Assembly: GCA_964016885.1 (NCBI GenBank)
Contig: OZ024748.1
Span: forward strand, 14,260,001 to 14,324,000
Direction of reading: 5' to 3'
DNA length: 64,000 nt
DNA from: Eledone cirrhosa
Lineage: Eukaryota
Made by a program: the position numbers and the translations under genes. Shown here piece after piece: positions 52,832 to 64,000 of the stretch (within the stretch, counting starts at the first letter, position 1; every line of letters starts with the position of its first letter). The notes below the pieces were generated by a model that was not told the DNA's origin, ran no database searches, and saw only the letters and a program-made list of their open reading frames with translations.

Positions 52832-53088
52832 GAACGAGTAGGACCCCGACGTCTGAGCCGAAGCCGTTTCGACGGCTAATTCTGGACTAGTAGTCCAGAA
52901 TTAGCCTTCGAAACGGCTTGAGCTCATCCGTCGGGGTCCTACTCATTCCTATTACACACTCTACTACCCTAAGTATTGAGTACTTTGGTGTGTTATGGTC
53001 CACCTGGTTCCTTACCACATTTCCTTTGTTATATATATAAACATATATTTATATAAATATTTATACATACATATATATGTATATATAT

Positions 53089-53179
<91 letters not shown>

Positions 53180-53280
53180 CATATATATACATATATATAC
53201 ATATATATATATACACACATATATATATATATACACACATATATATATATATATATATACACATATATATATATATATAT

Positions 53281-53352
<72 letters not shown>

Positions 53353-53374
53353 GTATATATATATATATATACAC

Positions 53375-53435
<61 letters not shown>

Positions 53436-53468
53436 TATATATATACACACACACATATATATATATAT

Positions 53469-53501
<33 letters not shown>

Positions 53502-53578
53502 CATATATATACACATATATATAATATATATATATATATACACATATATATATATATATATAATATATATATATATAT

Positions 53579-53617
<39 letters not shown>

Positions 53618-53845
53618 CATATATATACATATATATATATACACATATATATATACATATACACATATATATATATATATACACATATATATACATATAT
53701 ATACACATATATATACATATATATATACACATATATATACATATATATATACACATATATATACATATATATATATACACATATATATACATATATACAC
53801 ATATATATACATATATATATATATCTTTGCACTCACATATATATC
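50788..53845. repeat. About 3-kb (TA)n/(TACA) compound microsatellite
   Basis: Directly visible; interrupted by the element at 52830-53030. Confidence 0.98.
52830..53030 (+). mobile_element. Fold-back half-hammerhead element, copy D
   Basis: Arms around aattctggacta-g-tagtccagaatt; GAAACGGcttgagctcatCCGTCggggtcc; tail ends ttcctttgtt. Confidence 0.85.
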
Positions 53846-54008
53846 TGAATGAATGTTCATAAATGTGTGTGTAGATAAGTTTTTCTATGTGTTTTATGAG
53901 AATATCAACAAAATCATACATACTATTTATTTATTTATATGTTTGCTTTGAAATAAAAATTCCAAAAATACCATATGATTGATTGATTGATTATTAACAT
54001 TAGTTTAT

Positions 54009-54263
54009 CTAACCCTTTTGATACCTGTCTACCTGTCTACCTGTAACTGCCCCTAGTTCTAAGATATAAAGCTGTTTATTGTAAATCATATTTATCTAAA
54101 ATCTTTCCATCAGGACTTTTATGTAAGAATCTTTTGATAAGTTATGTTACAAGTACCAGCTTAATTAAATTAATAAATATATCAATATTCGTGATTATTT
54201 TCAATATTAATAGAATTTTGTATGTAGTGTATATCTATAGAATTAAGGTAACAAAAGGGTTAA
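54009..54263. mobile_element. piggyBac-like MITE
   Basis: ctaa-cccttttgatacc..ggtaacaaaaggg-TTAA. Confidence 0.65.
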
Positions 54264-56020
54264 CATGATTTATGCTGTAAGTAAATAAAATACAAACTTG
54301 ATTTAATATTTCTTTAGAAATTCTTATTCATTAATAACAGTATATTGTAAACATATTCACTTTAATCCTCTTGATATGTAGAATCTAAGTTGATAATAAA
54401 TAAATATGAAGTATTTGTACAGAACACAGCATATATTAGAAGATTTATGATAAAATTACTGTAGATACAACTGCAGGTTTATAACTAGAAGCCTTATTTT
54501 GAAAAGATGGCACTGTAAACATTGTTTTTCTGTGTACAGCATGAATAACAGAAAGTGAGTTTACACTTCATTCTTTTTGCAGCAAGGCTCTCTATTTAAA
54601 AACAAATCCGTAGTTATATCTACATTAAATTTATCTTGTGTCTTGTAATTTAATACATATTCTTTTGCTCTTATTTGTAATGAGCTCTTTAAATAGTTGT
54701 TTTTATTTGTAAAAAATAAATTGTAACGAATCAACAGAAAGCATTGAAGACTTATCAAATCTTCACTATTGAAAAAGTTGTATTAAAAAGAAATAACAAA
54801 AACAAACAACATCAGGACATATCAATAAGCAACACTTTTTTCAGGGGAAGGGTAAAATTTTAGAATGCTTCATTTTAGTGTTAGTTCTAACATTTGTTTT
54901 TTTCATTTTTGACAACATCTCTCTCACTGTGTTGGGTTAAATTTCTCAGCACCAGGGGGGCAAATACACATGTTGTGCCTCCCACCTTTATTAACAGCCA
55001 TGACAGACCAGAGGAAATTTTGTATCCTGGGAAGGGAGAGAGACAAAGACAAATTTGGCACCTCTACCTTAACCCTTTTGATACCAAACCACCTGAAACT
55101 GGTCATGTTTCTAAGAGATAAAACTGTTTGTTTAAAGTTTTTATGTTTATCTAAAACCTTTCAATATAATTTTATGTAAGAATTTTTATTAAGTGGAGAT
55201 GAGAAATATAATTGAATCAAAGAAATTAAATTGCAAAAGTAAAGTAAATTTGAGGGGTGTGGCTGACTCTACACCCAGTCTAGGCAGTATATTTCAGCTA
55301 CACCCTGCAGACAAAATATTAGTCATTGCTGCAAAGAACAGCCACTGAAACACCCACTCAACATTACAGGGTTCCTTTCTCAAGTGGGAGTGCTCTCATC
55401 CTGCAGAGGAAAATGGCAGTTCAAGGACCAAGAACACCTAAGATCTTGAAAGCAACCAGCATAAAAAGGAAGTGCTCAATCAAGTCCCAGTATATAGCGA
55501 CCTCCCTCGACACATTATGAGGAGCAGTGATCTTGGTTATACCAGCTTTATAAGAAAGTTAATTATATTACTAATTCCATTCAAATTTGTTATCATTTTC
55601 AAAATTATTTGAAAATCAATAGGCAGTGTCTTCATTCAAAATATAATAACTAACAGCCATGATAGACCAGAGGAAATTTGGCACCCAAGGGTCAAAGAAA
55701 AATATCCCCACACACACCTTAATATATCAGCTATAGTTGACCAGAGGAAACTTTGTGCCCCAGGCGTATGACTCTCCTTCCTCTTGCTATACATCTAATA
55801 TATCCCTGTTTTGAAACAAAACATAATGTAATAGAATATACATTTTGCTTTTTGAAAATCTGCCACAAGGCAGATGAACTATAAATGTTATTTAAATAAT
55901 AAGATAAAGTACCTTTAAAGATGGAAAAAAAGTAGATGGAGAAGCCAGCAGCAATATGCTCTGTCCATTTCCTCCATTTTCAGAGGTACTTTACATGACT
56001 TGTTTAACTTTTTTTTATAG

Positions 56021-56050
56021 CTAATCTTCATTGTGGTAGTTTTTCAAAAG
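56021..56050 (+). other. Candidate 30-nt micro-exon
   Basis: tttaac branch-like motif, T-tract and tag acceptor; AG|gtaaat donor; open phase 1-1 reading (A)NLHCGSFSK. Confidence 0.35.
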
Positions 56051-56944
56051 GTAAATACTTATTTTCAAATTTCTTCAATATTTCTTAAACAAAACAATGT
56101 TATGGACAATATACAAATATTCAGGATGAAAAATATGGAAGAGCCGAACTCCCATTGTCATTGCCTTCCCCAATGTTATGTAATACATTTATATAACTCT
56201 TAACATTATGTAATGATTTAGCAGAAGATCTTTGAAAATGAGTTTGTTAATTGAAATGTTTATAGTATCTTTACTTGTAGAAATTGTGAAAATTTACAAT
56301 ATTAGAGTAAAGATGTTATACTTTCATTTGATGTAGTCATAGTGTTTGTTTTTACTCCTCAAAAGTGAAATGTTAATGCAGTTTTATGCAGATCATTGTG
56401 TTAAGATCTGCTATTGTTAAGTAGTGTTCAAAAGATCAAATTTATATGAAAAACAGAAATAGTTGTAGTTTTTAACAAAACCATTCAAAATTCTTGATTG
56501 TTTTCGAATATAATTGAAATAGATAGGCAAGTAATTTAATTAGAAATGAAAGAGTTATGAAAGCTCTAATTACATAAATAATAATCATGTAAACTTAAGT
56601 CCTATCATGGCTCTTAAGAAAAGACTTTAGAAAAACAGTTAATATTAATTAGTTAATATTAGTTGCAATTAGTTTGAAATAATTTTATTATTTATTTCAT
56701 CATATATTTGTTTGTGTGTGTGTGTGAACGTGCATGCATGAATATGTGTGTGCATGTATAAATGAGTATGTGTATGTATGAATGTGTGTGTGCATATGAA
56801 TCTGTGTGTGTGTGTGTGCATGTATTATTGTGTGTGCATACATATAAATGAATTTCCTAAACATTAGAAAACTACGCCATTTATAATAACGATGTAGAAA
56901 TACCATTTAATATTAGCAATAATATTATATGTTATCTACATCTA

Positions 56945-57075
56945 ATGGTTTCTGATTTAGGCACAAGGCCAACAATTTTGAGTGGAGGGGAAATTTAATT
57001 AAATCAACCTCAGTGCATAACTGGTACTTTATTTTATCGACCCTGTAAGAATGAAAGGCAAAGATAACCTCGGTA
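56945..57075 (-). mobile_element. SINE family 1, partial
   Basis: ggcacaaggcc..ctggtactttattttatcgaccc. Confidence 0.8.
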
Positions 57076-57227
57076 TCTACATATATATTTATCTCACATT
57101 TGTAAATACATAATTAAACATTTTATTATGTCTGTTAAGGAAATATTTAATATGTAAGAAATCTTTGCAATTTTCCTAATATCTCTGTTTTTTATAATAG
57201 AAATGTTATCAAACTAAAAATCTATTA

Positions 57228-57530
57228 TTTTGAAAGCAGGTTAGCTTATTATAAGATGCTACAACACAGGTTTAACTATAAAATATCTTAATGAGGTGGG
57301 TTTATAAATCCTTGGGACAGAAAAATGCAGACAATGTCCCCCGAGGGAAATAAACTTATATATACCATATGTGACTGTCTCCTTTTTTCTGACATATATA
57401 TACCCAACTTATTTGACTATTTTATAGTTAACACTGTGTTGTAGCAGCTTAAGATAATAAGTTAACATACTTTCAAAATTCACATTTGCTGAGTGCTTTG
57501 TAAAACTGTTAGTTACTTCTTTGTTTAAAT
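57228..57530 (+). mobile_element. Old fold-back element with PLE-like tail
   Basis: Imperfect inverted arms of about 60 bp or more (57228-57287/57418-57478), followed by the tail ttcacatttgctgagtgctttg. No HHR core is recognisable. Confidence 0.5.
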
Positions 57531-58607
57531 ATTATTTCATTTATATCAATTGATTTCTTTTTTAAATGTACAAACCAAATTGAATTCCACTTAAGAAATG
57601 AATAATATTGTCTTTTACTATTTCTTATTTTTATTTAACATTTATTTGTATATTCTATATATTTTCTAAAGTTGATCTTTGAATCATATGACAGACAACT
57701 TAGATATCTAATGGAGGAATTTCTAGCTTCTCACGGCTATTTTAAATATTGATGTGACTTTCAGAAATACATCATGGGAAAAAGTTTTTCTTGTTTCCAG
57801 TAGTCACTTGTATTCACAGAAGTATTTATTCATTCATATAATAAACTTAAAGTAATTGGCCTATTTCTGTTTTGTTTTTTAAAAATAATATGTTCCTCTT
57901 TTATATTTTATAATAAATGATATTTGTGTTAGACAGAATTTTCTATAAAAACATTATCTGTAATATTAGTGTTACTATTTATGATCCTTGTGATCTTTGT
58001 TCAATTATTACAGAAATGATATGTAATCAATTCCAATTTATTGTATGAGCCCAACATGTAAATTTATATGATGCAATTAACCTCTTACATATGGGTGTTT
58101 GTCAGCCCTTATGCTTACATATGGCAGATAAGTCCACTATACACACGCACTCACAGTCATGTTGTGGTTGTTGTGTCACATAGCAGTATGTATGTTACAT
58201 TGGTAAAACACTAACTGATACAGAACTCATATGAAGTCAAATAGTTTTATTTTATATAAATATGGCAGTTATTTATATATATATATATATATACTTATAT
58301 AAACCTACACAAACACACACACACAAAATTGAGGAGAGGGGCAGGGCAGAAACAGAAAAAATTCTTTAGAAAAAGATAACAGGTCCATGCATGTTGCCAT
58401 CTCTTGGAAAATATATATCTGTGTATATATACATAAATATGTAATCTGAGGTTTTTGAATATTAATAATAATACTCAATTCGTTTGCAATTATGCAAAGA
58501 ACCTCTTTAAGCCATGTCAGTAGAATGACGCTGTCATTCTTGCTCTTATATATATATAATATATATATATATATATTTGTTATGTAATAAACAACATAAG
58601 ATAATTA

Positions 58608-58667
58608 TTTCCTTTACCAGTGGTTTCTTGAAAGCAACCAAAATTGCTTTCATTCATCAGAATGAAA
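58608..58667 (-). ncRNA. Type I hammerhead motif (antisense arm)
   Basis: Reverse complement of 58746-58805 with one stem I mismatch. Confidence 0.7.
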
Positions 58668-58745
58668 AAATCCTGGTGTCTTTATTGACAGTAGACTTGA
58701 AAAACCACTTTTTCAAGTCCACTGTCAATAAAGACACCAGGATTT

Positions 58746-58805
58746 TTTCATTCTGATGAATGAAAGCAATTTTGGTTGCTTTCAAGAAACCACTGGTAAA
58801 TGAAA
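58746..58805 (+). ncRNA. Type I hammerhead motif
   Basis: tttcatt-CTGATGA-a tgaaagcaa ttttgg ttgctttca a-GAA-acca c tggt-A-aatgaaa. 7-bp stem I, 9-bp stem II, near-palindromic stem III, GUA triplet; predicted cut after 58798. Confidence 0.8.
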
Positions 58806-58952
58806 TAACTATCTTATGTTGTTTATTACATAACTAATAAGCTCTGTAACCTACATAGAGCACTCTTTTTTCCTGGACCTTTCCAATGGAATCACTTCAT
58901 TTATATATATATATATATATCCTAAAGTATGTCCATAGAATCATTTGATAAA

Positions 58953-58983
<31 letters not shown>

Positions 58984-59384
58984 TTCCAGAGACACATATA
59001 CAACATTAAGTACATAAACTACCATAATATTCATGTAATTGTTGTTAAGAGGAGAATGAAAGAATGCAGATAATTAAAATAATATGAAAATATCTTAAAA
59101 TGAGTTTGCTAGATGTCAAAAACTAAATATGTTATTGTTGACTCCACCTTTCTTCTTAATTTGAGGTTTTCAAATGTCTGAATTTGAAATATATTGTGAA
59201 GGTACATGGCCTTATTGGTTATGTTTTGGGACTCATGTTTTGGTTGCTACACTGTGTTCTTGAGCAAGACACTTAATTTCATGTTGCTTGGATTGGGACT
59301 GCTATTTATTAAAACACCTGATAAACTTCCTATGACATTCAAACACATAAGAGGCCAGCTAAACATTTGTAGGTGTGAGCTATA

Positions 59385-59870
59385 AATTTCATATCATAGC
59401 TATATTTCATTACTTCATTTGCCTAGTCTATATTTTATATAGCCTATAATATTTCATCATTTCACATATCTACCTTATATCTTATCAAACCTATATATTT
59501 ATCTAGCCAATATTTCATACCTTCACTTAGCTAGTCTATATTTATCTAGCTTATATTTCATACCATCACTTAACTAGCCTATGTTTTATCCAGCCTATAT
59601 TTCATACCATCACTTAGCTATCCTATATTTTATCCAGCCTATATTTCATCCCTTTATTTACTGGCCTATATTTCATCACTTCCTTTATCTAGCCTATATT
59701 TCATCAATTCATTTATCTAGCCTATATTTCATCACTTAACTAGCCTATATTTCATCACTTCATTTATCTAGCCTATATTTCATCACTTCATTTATCTAGA
59801 CTATGTTTTACCCCTTCATTTTGCTGGCCTATAGTTCATCACTTCTATTATTTTGCCAATATTTCACATT
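59385..59870. repeat. Degenerate tandem repeat, about 27-bp unit
   Basis: tagcctatatttcatcacttcatttatc units. Confidence 0.85.
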
Positions 59871-59924
59871 TACAAACATAAACATACAAGGTTTTTCTGT
59901 TTAAATATTTTTATATCAAATTAC

Positions 59925-60470
59925 ATGAAACTGGTTCTGGTTCATATACACAAATCAATATTTACTTGAAAACTTTTTATCAAGATTTTATGTAAGAAGT
60001 TTTAAATAGTATTTCAAATATTGGCTTAATAATGAGAAAGTTAGTTATATTGTTAAATCCCTCTAAATATTTAATTATTTTCAATATTATTTTAAAATCG
60101 AAAGACAGGATCAGTATCTTCCATTAGAAATATGTTAATGAAAGGGTTAAAGTATTTATATTTATCTAAAAACATTCAATCATACTTTTATTTAAAACCT
60201 TTGTTATGTTTCAGACACCAGCTTAATAAGAAGAAAGTTAGTTCTATTACTAAATCGCTCAAAATTCTTGCATATTTTCAAAATGATTGAACATCTTTTA
60301 TTAGAAATATGGTAATGAAAGTGTTATAGTGTTTATCTAAAATCATTCCATCATACTTTTCTGTAAGAACCTTGGTTAAATTCTGTTTCAGACACCAGCT
60401 TAATAAAAACAGAGTTAGTTATACTACTAAATCAATCAAATTCTGAAATATAGTAATGAAAGGATTCAGG
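59925..60470. repeat. Tandemly iterated piggyBac-like MITE internal units
   Basis: Three tttatctaaaa..ccagcttaataa..aaatatggtaatgaaagggttaa-like units. Confidence 0.6.
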
Positions 60471-61234
60471 AATACTTTAGCTCTGAACATTTTCTATGTT
60501 TGCACAAACACCATCTTTGCATAACCAAGAGAAAATGAATGTTTCAACTATTTTTTGAACACATGCAAAATGATAATGATGATTAAGATAATTATTAATT
60601 AGGAATGAGGTGTTTGTAGATTAAAAATAATGGGAAGTTATAATGTCCATACAATTTTTCATTAATGGTTTATGAAACTAATTGGCAAAGTCTCTTTCCA
60701 CATAACCTGCAGTTATGGTCTCACCATTATCATTATATTTCTACTTAAGGTTGTCTTTAACAAAACTTCTCAAGCTATTGTCGTTCTTGTTATCATTATT
60801 TATTTATTTATTTATTTTAAATATTTATGTTTTAGTCTTTATAGACCTTTCCCTCACACACAAAACACACACTGTACTATCCATATTGTCCTATTAATGT
60901 AAGCCCTGTGTGGTTAATAAAGAAACCATTATTATTATTATTATTATTATTATGCCAGTAATCTTAACCTATAATAATTCTTTACTTTCTAACAATATTT
61001 TTCCAAGAGATTCTGATGCAAATTTCTAAGTATAGAAAACTGAATTTGTTACTTTAGAAAAACCAGAATACATAAAATAATAAAAACAGACGCAGTAGCA
61101 GATATGTCGAGCTTCATGCAAAATGTGATGCATGTACATTGCTCTTATTTGCCAGTCATCAGGGAAATCACACAGCTGTTCTAACAAAGAGTTTAAAACC
61201 ATTATTAGCTATATAATATAAGGTGAAACTTGCC

Positions 61235-61610
61235 AATAACTACACCAGCTCTCCAATATATATTCTACCTCTCTCATATCCACACTACCTCTCCAGCATC
61301 TACTATAGTACTTATGCAATATCTACTCTAATATAATCCATCTACTCTAACTACTCCAATAACCACACTACTACTCCAATAATCACACTGCCTCTCCAAT
61401 AACTACACTACCTCTGTAATATCTATGCCACCTATTTATTATCTACACCACCTCTCTAATATTTATGCCACCTTTCCAATACCAATGCTACCTCCAGAAT
61501 ACCCATGCTACTTCTCCAATAATCACACTACCTCTCTAATATCTATGCCCTCTCTCTAAAGGTTATGCTACTTCTCCAATAAGCACACTATACTACTTCT
61601 CTAGTATCTT
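61235..61610. repeat. Degenerate tandem repeat, about 20-bp unit
   Basis: ctacctctccaataactacac-like units. Confidence 0.8.
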
Positions 61611-61871
61611 GTAGTATCTCTATATATAATCATCTTCCATCTGATTAGAAGAAATACAGTAAATTATAACAAACACAAAAAATTCTATTATTTAATTTCT
61701 AAACAGTTTCATTTCTGACTTATCAATGTGTTTTTCCTGTACAATATATTAGTGAAAAAATATCTTATCACTATATTTCGCATAGTAATTAAATACCTAC
61801 ATTAATTAAACATTTCCATTTATAATTTAAATTATATATATATATATACACACACATGTGTGTATACATAC

Positions 61872-61921
<50 letters not shown>

Positions 61922-62298
61922 GTATACACACATATGTGTGTGTATATATATATATGCTAGGATTTATGAACATTTTCAAAGAGGAGGTTGAAATAAGATT
62001 ACTAATTGAAAACAGAATAATTAATTAAAGATATATGATCCATCGTATAATTGTTTTTACATTCCTGGAGTATTTGAATACAAAGAGATACATTGATTTT
62101 CATTTTTCTATAAATGAAATGTTCAAGTAATGTGGCTTATGACTTCTTAACATTGAAAAATTTCAATTTATTTTATGAATTTGAGAAGGTCAAAACGATT
62201 TTATTTGTGACATTTCATTTCAAAGTATATCATATAATAAAAACAAATGTTTACTTTTAAAAATTGTAAAAGCAATTAAAATATCAATAAAACTAAAT

Positions 62299-62554
62299 AT
62301 AACCCTTTTGATACTAAACTGCCTGAAACTAGCTATGGTTCTATGACACAAAACAGTTTGTTTTAAAGTGTATGTATTTATCTAAATATTTCTCATTATG
62401 TAAGAAACTTTGTTAATTTGTATTCCAAATATCAGATTAATAGTGAGAAAATTAATTATATTATTAATCCATTTAAGTCCTTGATTATTTTCAAAACAAT
62501 TTTTTTTTAAATAGGCAACATATTTCATTAGAAATATGGTAATGAAAAGGTTAA
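62299..62554. mobile_element. piggyBac-like MITE
   Basis: ataa-cccttttgatac..ggtaatgaaaagg-TTAA. Confidence 0.6.
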
Positions 62555-63384
62555 ATGTTTGAAAATGTTTAATAGATGCTTTTGTGATACTCTGGAGTGT
62601 CATATAGCAAGTGATAGATATTTACTTTTAAAATCTGTAAAACAATCATAAATTTTAATTTTACAGAATTTAAATAAAGTTTATAGAATAAAAATTAAAG
62701 GCGATTTACTTAATTTCTATTCATGTATGTCTTAACTCTTTTGATACCAACACTCTTCAGACTAATCCTGGTTCAATGATTCAAAACTGTTTATTTTAAA
62801 GTGTTTCACTTAAAGTTAAAACTACTCTCAAAATTTTACTTATGAATCTTCTTTCATAATGGTAAATTTTGTTATTTTACTAAATCCATCTTAATTCATA
62901 ACTCTTAAAAAAATTAATTGAAATATATGAACAAGGTATTTCATTGTCATAGAAGCAGTAATGGTGGAAACTTTTGGCATTCTAGTTCCCATACCATCTC
63001 CCTACTCACCGTTATCAGGGAAGAGTTGGCCACCTGCAGGAGTGAGCCCTGTGAGTTGGAATGGCTATTTCATTATATCTCTCTTGCTATCTCCACTTAG
63101 TCTACTGGAACAATGTGGGTGGTTGCACCTGGCGTCTGCACACCAGAAAATATTCATCCACACTTTTGGACTTTCTCAGGTTTCATTTTTTTTTTTTTTT
63201 TTTCAATTTCCAAAGAGAAAACAAAATATATATCTTCAGAAATATAATCATGAAGTGATTCAATCAATTATTAATTGAATTCTGCAGTATTTATTATCAA
63301 ACATATGTGAAGAAAAAAATTGCTACTTTTACTAGAATATTTCCCAATATCATGGAGTATGCCAGGATATGTCAGCAGTGAACA

Positions 63385-63750
63385 GGTAGGGTCGTTAGAC
63401 CATATGACAAAATGTTTTGTGGTATATGTTCGGGCTATCTCTTTTGAGTTAAAATCTTTCTGAGGTCAATTTTGTCTTTTGTACTTCTGGGGCCTTGATA
63501 AAATAATATATTAGCCCATGGTGGTGGCTTTGGGGAAATGTTAGAGCATCAGATGAAACGCTTTGCAGTGCTTGTTCTGGCTTATTTTGTCCTGAGTTCA
63601 AATTCTGCTGAGGTCAACTTTGCCTTTCTTTCAAAGTTGATATACTAAATTACTAGTCCAAGACAGTGTATTGGTGGAATTGGTAGTGTCAGATAAGATG
63701 GGTTGTTGTATTTGTTCCAGATCTTTGTGTTTTCTGTTCAAATCCTGTGC
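63385..63750 (+). mobile_element. Three old SINE family 1-like heads in tandem
   Basis: Decayed box A/B and gaggtcaactttgccttt motifs. Confidence 0.6.
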
Positions 63751-64000
63751 TGACTTACTTGGGTGGTAGTCATTATCAGTTGCCTAGTTTAACACCAGCA
63801 TTTGGCCCTTGAATAAACATTTAGCCCAAATGTGTGGGTTGAGAATGGCCTAACAAATGTCATGAGCACTGTATAATGTCAGGTTCTCTGGAAGTTGAGA
63901 TTACACAGGAAAACAATTGTAACATTGGTAGCAAAAGGAATAATATTTCACATATATTATGTGATATAGCTTCATGGGGAACGTATATTAATGGTGATAA

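Larger units (their letters stand above)
58579..58900 (+). mobile_element. Asymmetric fold-back element with HHR on both arms
   Basis: 126-bp arms 58579-58704/58709-58834 with about 3 mismatches and a 4-nt loop; tail gctctgtaacctacatagagcactc; (TA)n on both sides. Confidence 0.88.

Noticed and set aside
50727-53921. Long YIYI/ICIY ORFs here and throughout the window
   Set aside because: They are translations of (TA)n/(CA)n microsatellites, not genes.

Overview
Very AT-rich, microsatellite-laden eukaryotic DNA. The SINE and RTE repertoire suggests an octopod cephalopod (inference). One clear protein-coding gene is present: an intronless LRR transmembrane protein (6422-8767, +). The rest is mostly (TA)n and other simple repeats, two tRNA-derived SINE families, RTE and CR1-like LINE 3' ends, a rearranged Gypsy pol remnant, and hAT and piggyBac-like MITEs. 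There are also possible micro-exons of a long-intron + strand gene lying in a CpG-depleted zone from about 20 kb onward. The main hidden signal is a dense set of about 15 type I hammerhead-ribozyme (HHR) motifs, intact or decayed, all read by eye. Many sit in non-coding, asymmetric fold-back elements inserted in (TA)n. These carry sense and antisense HHR copies plus a shared 3' hairpin tail, matching Penelope-like-element pseudo-LTR/retrozyme architecture. Variants include a repeated CAGAAGA core, oversized stem II inserts, and a family that keeps only the 3' half of the ribozyme. No folding, alignment or database search was run.
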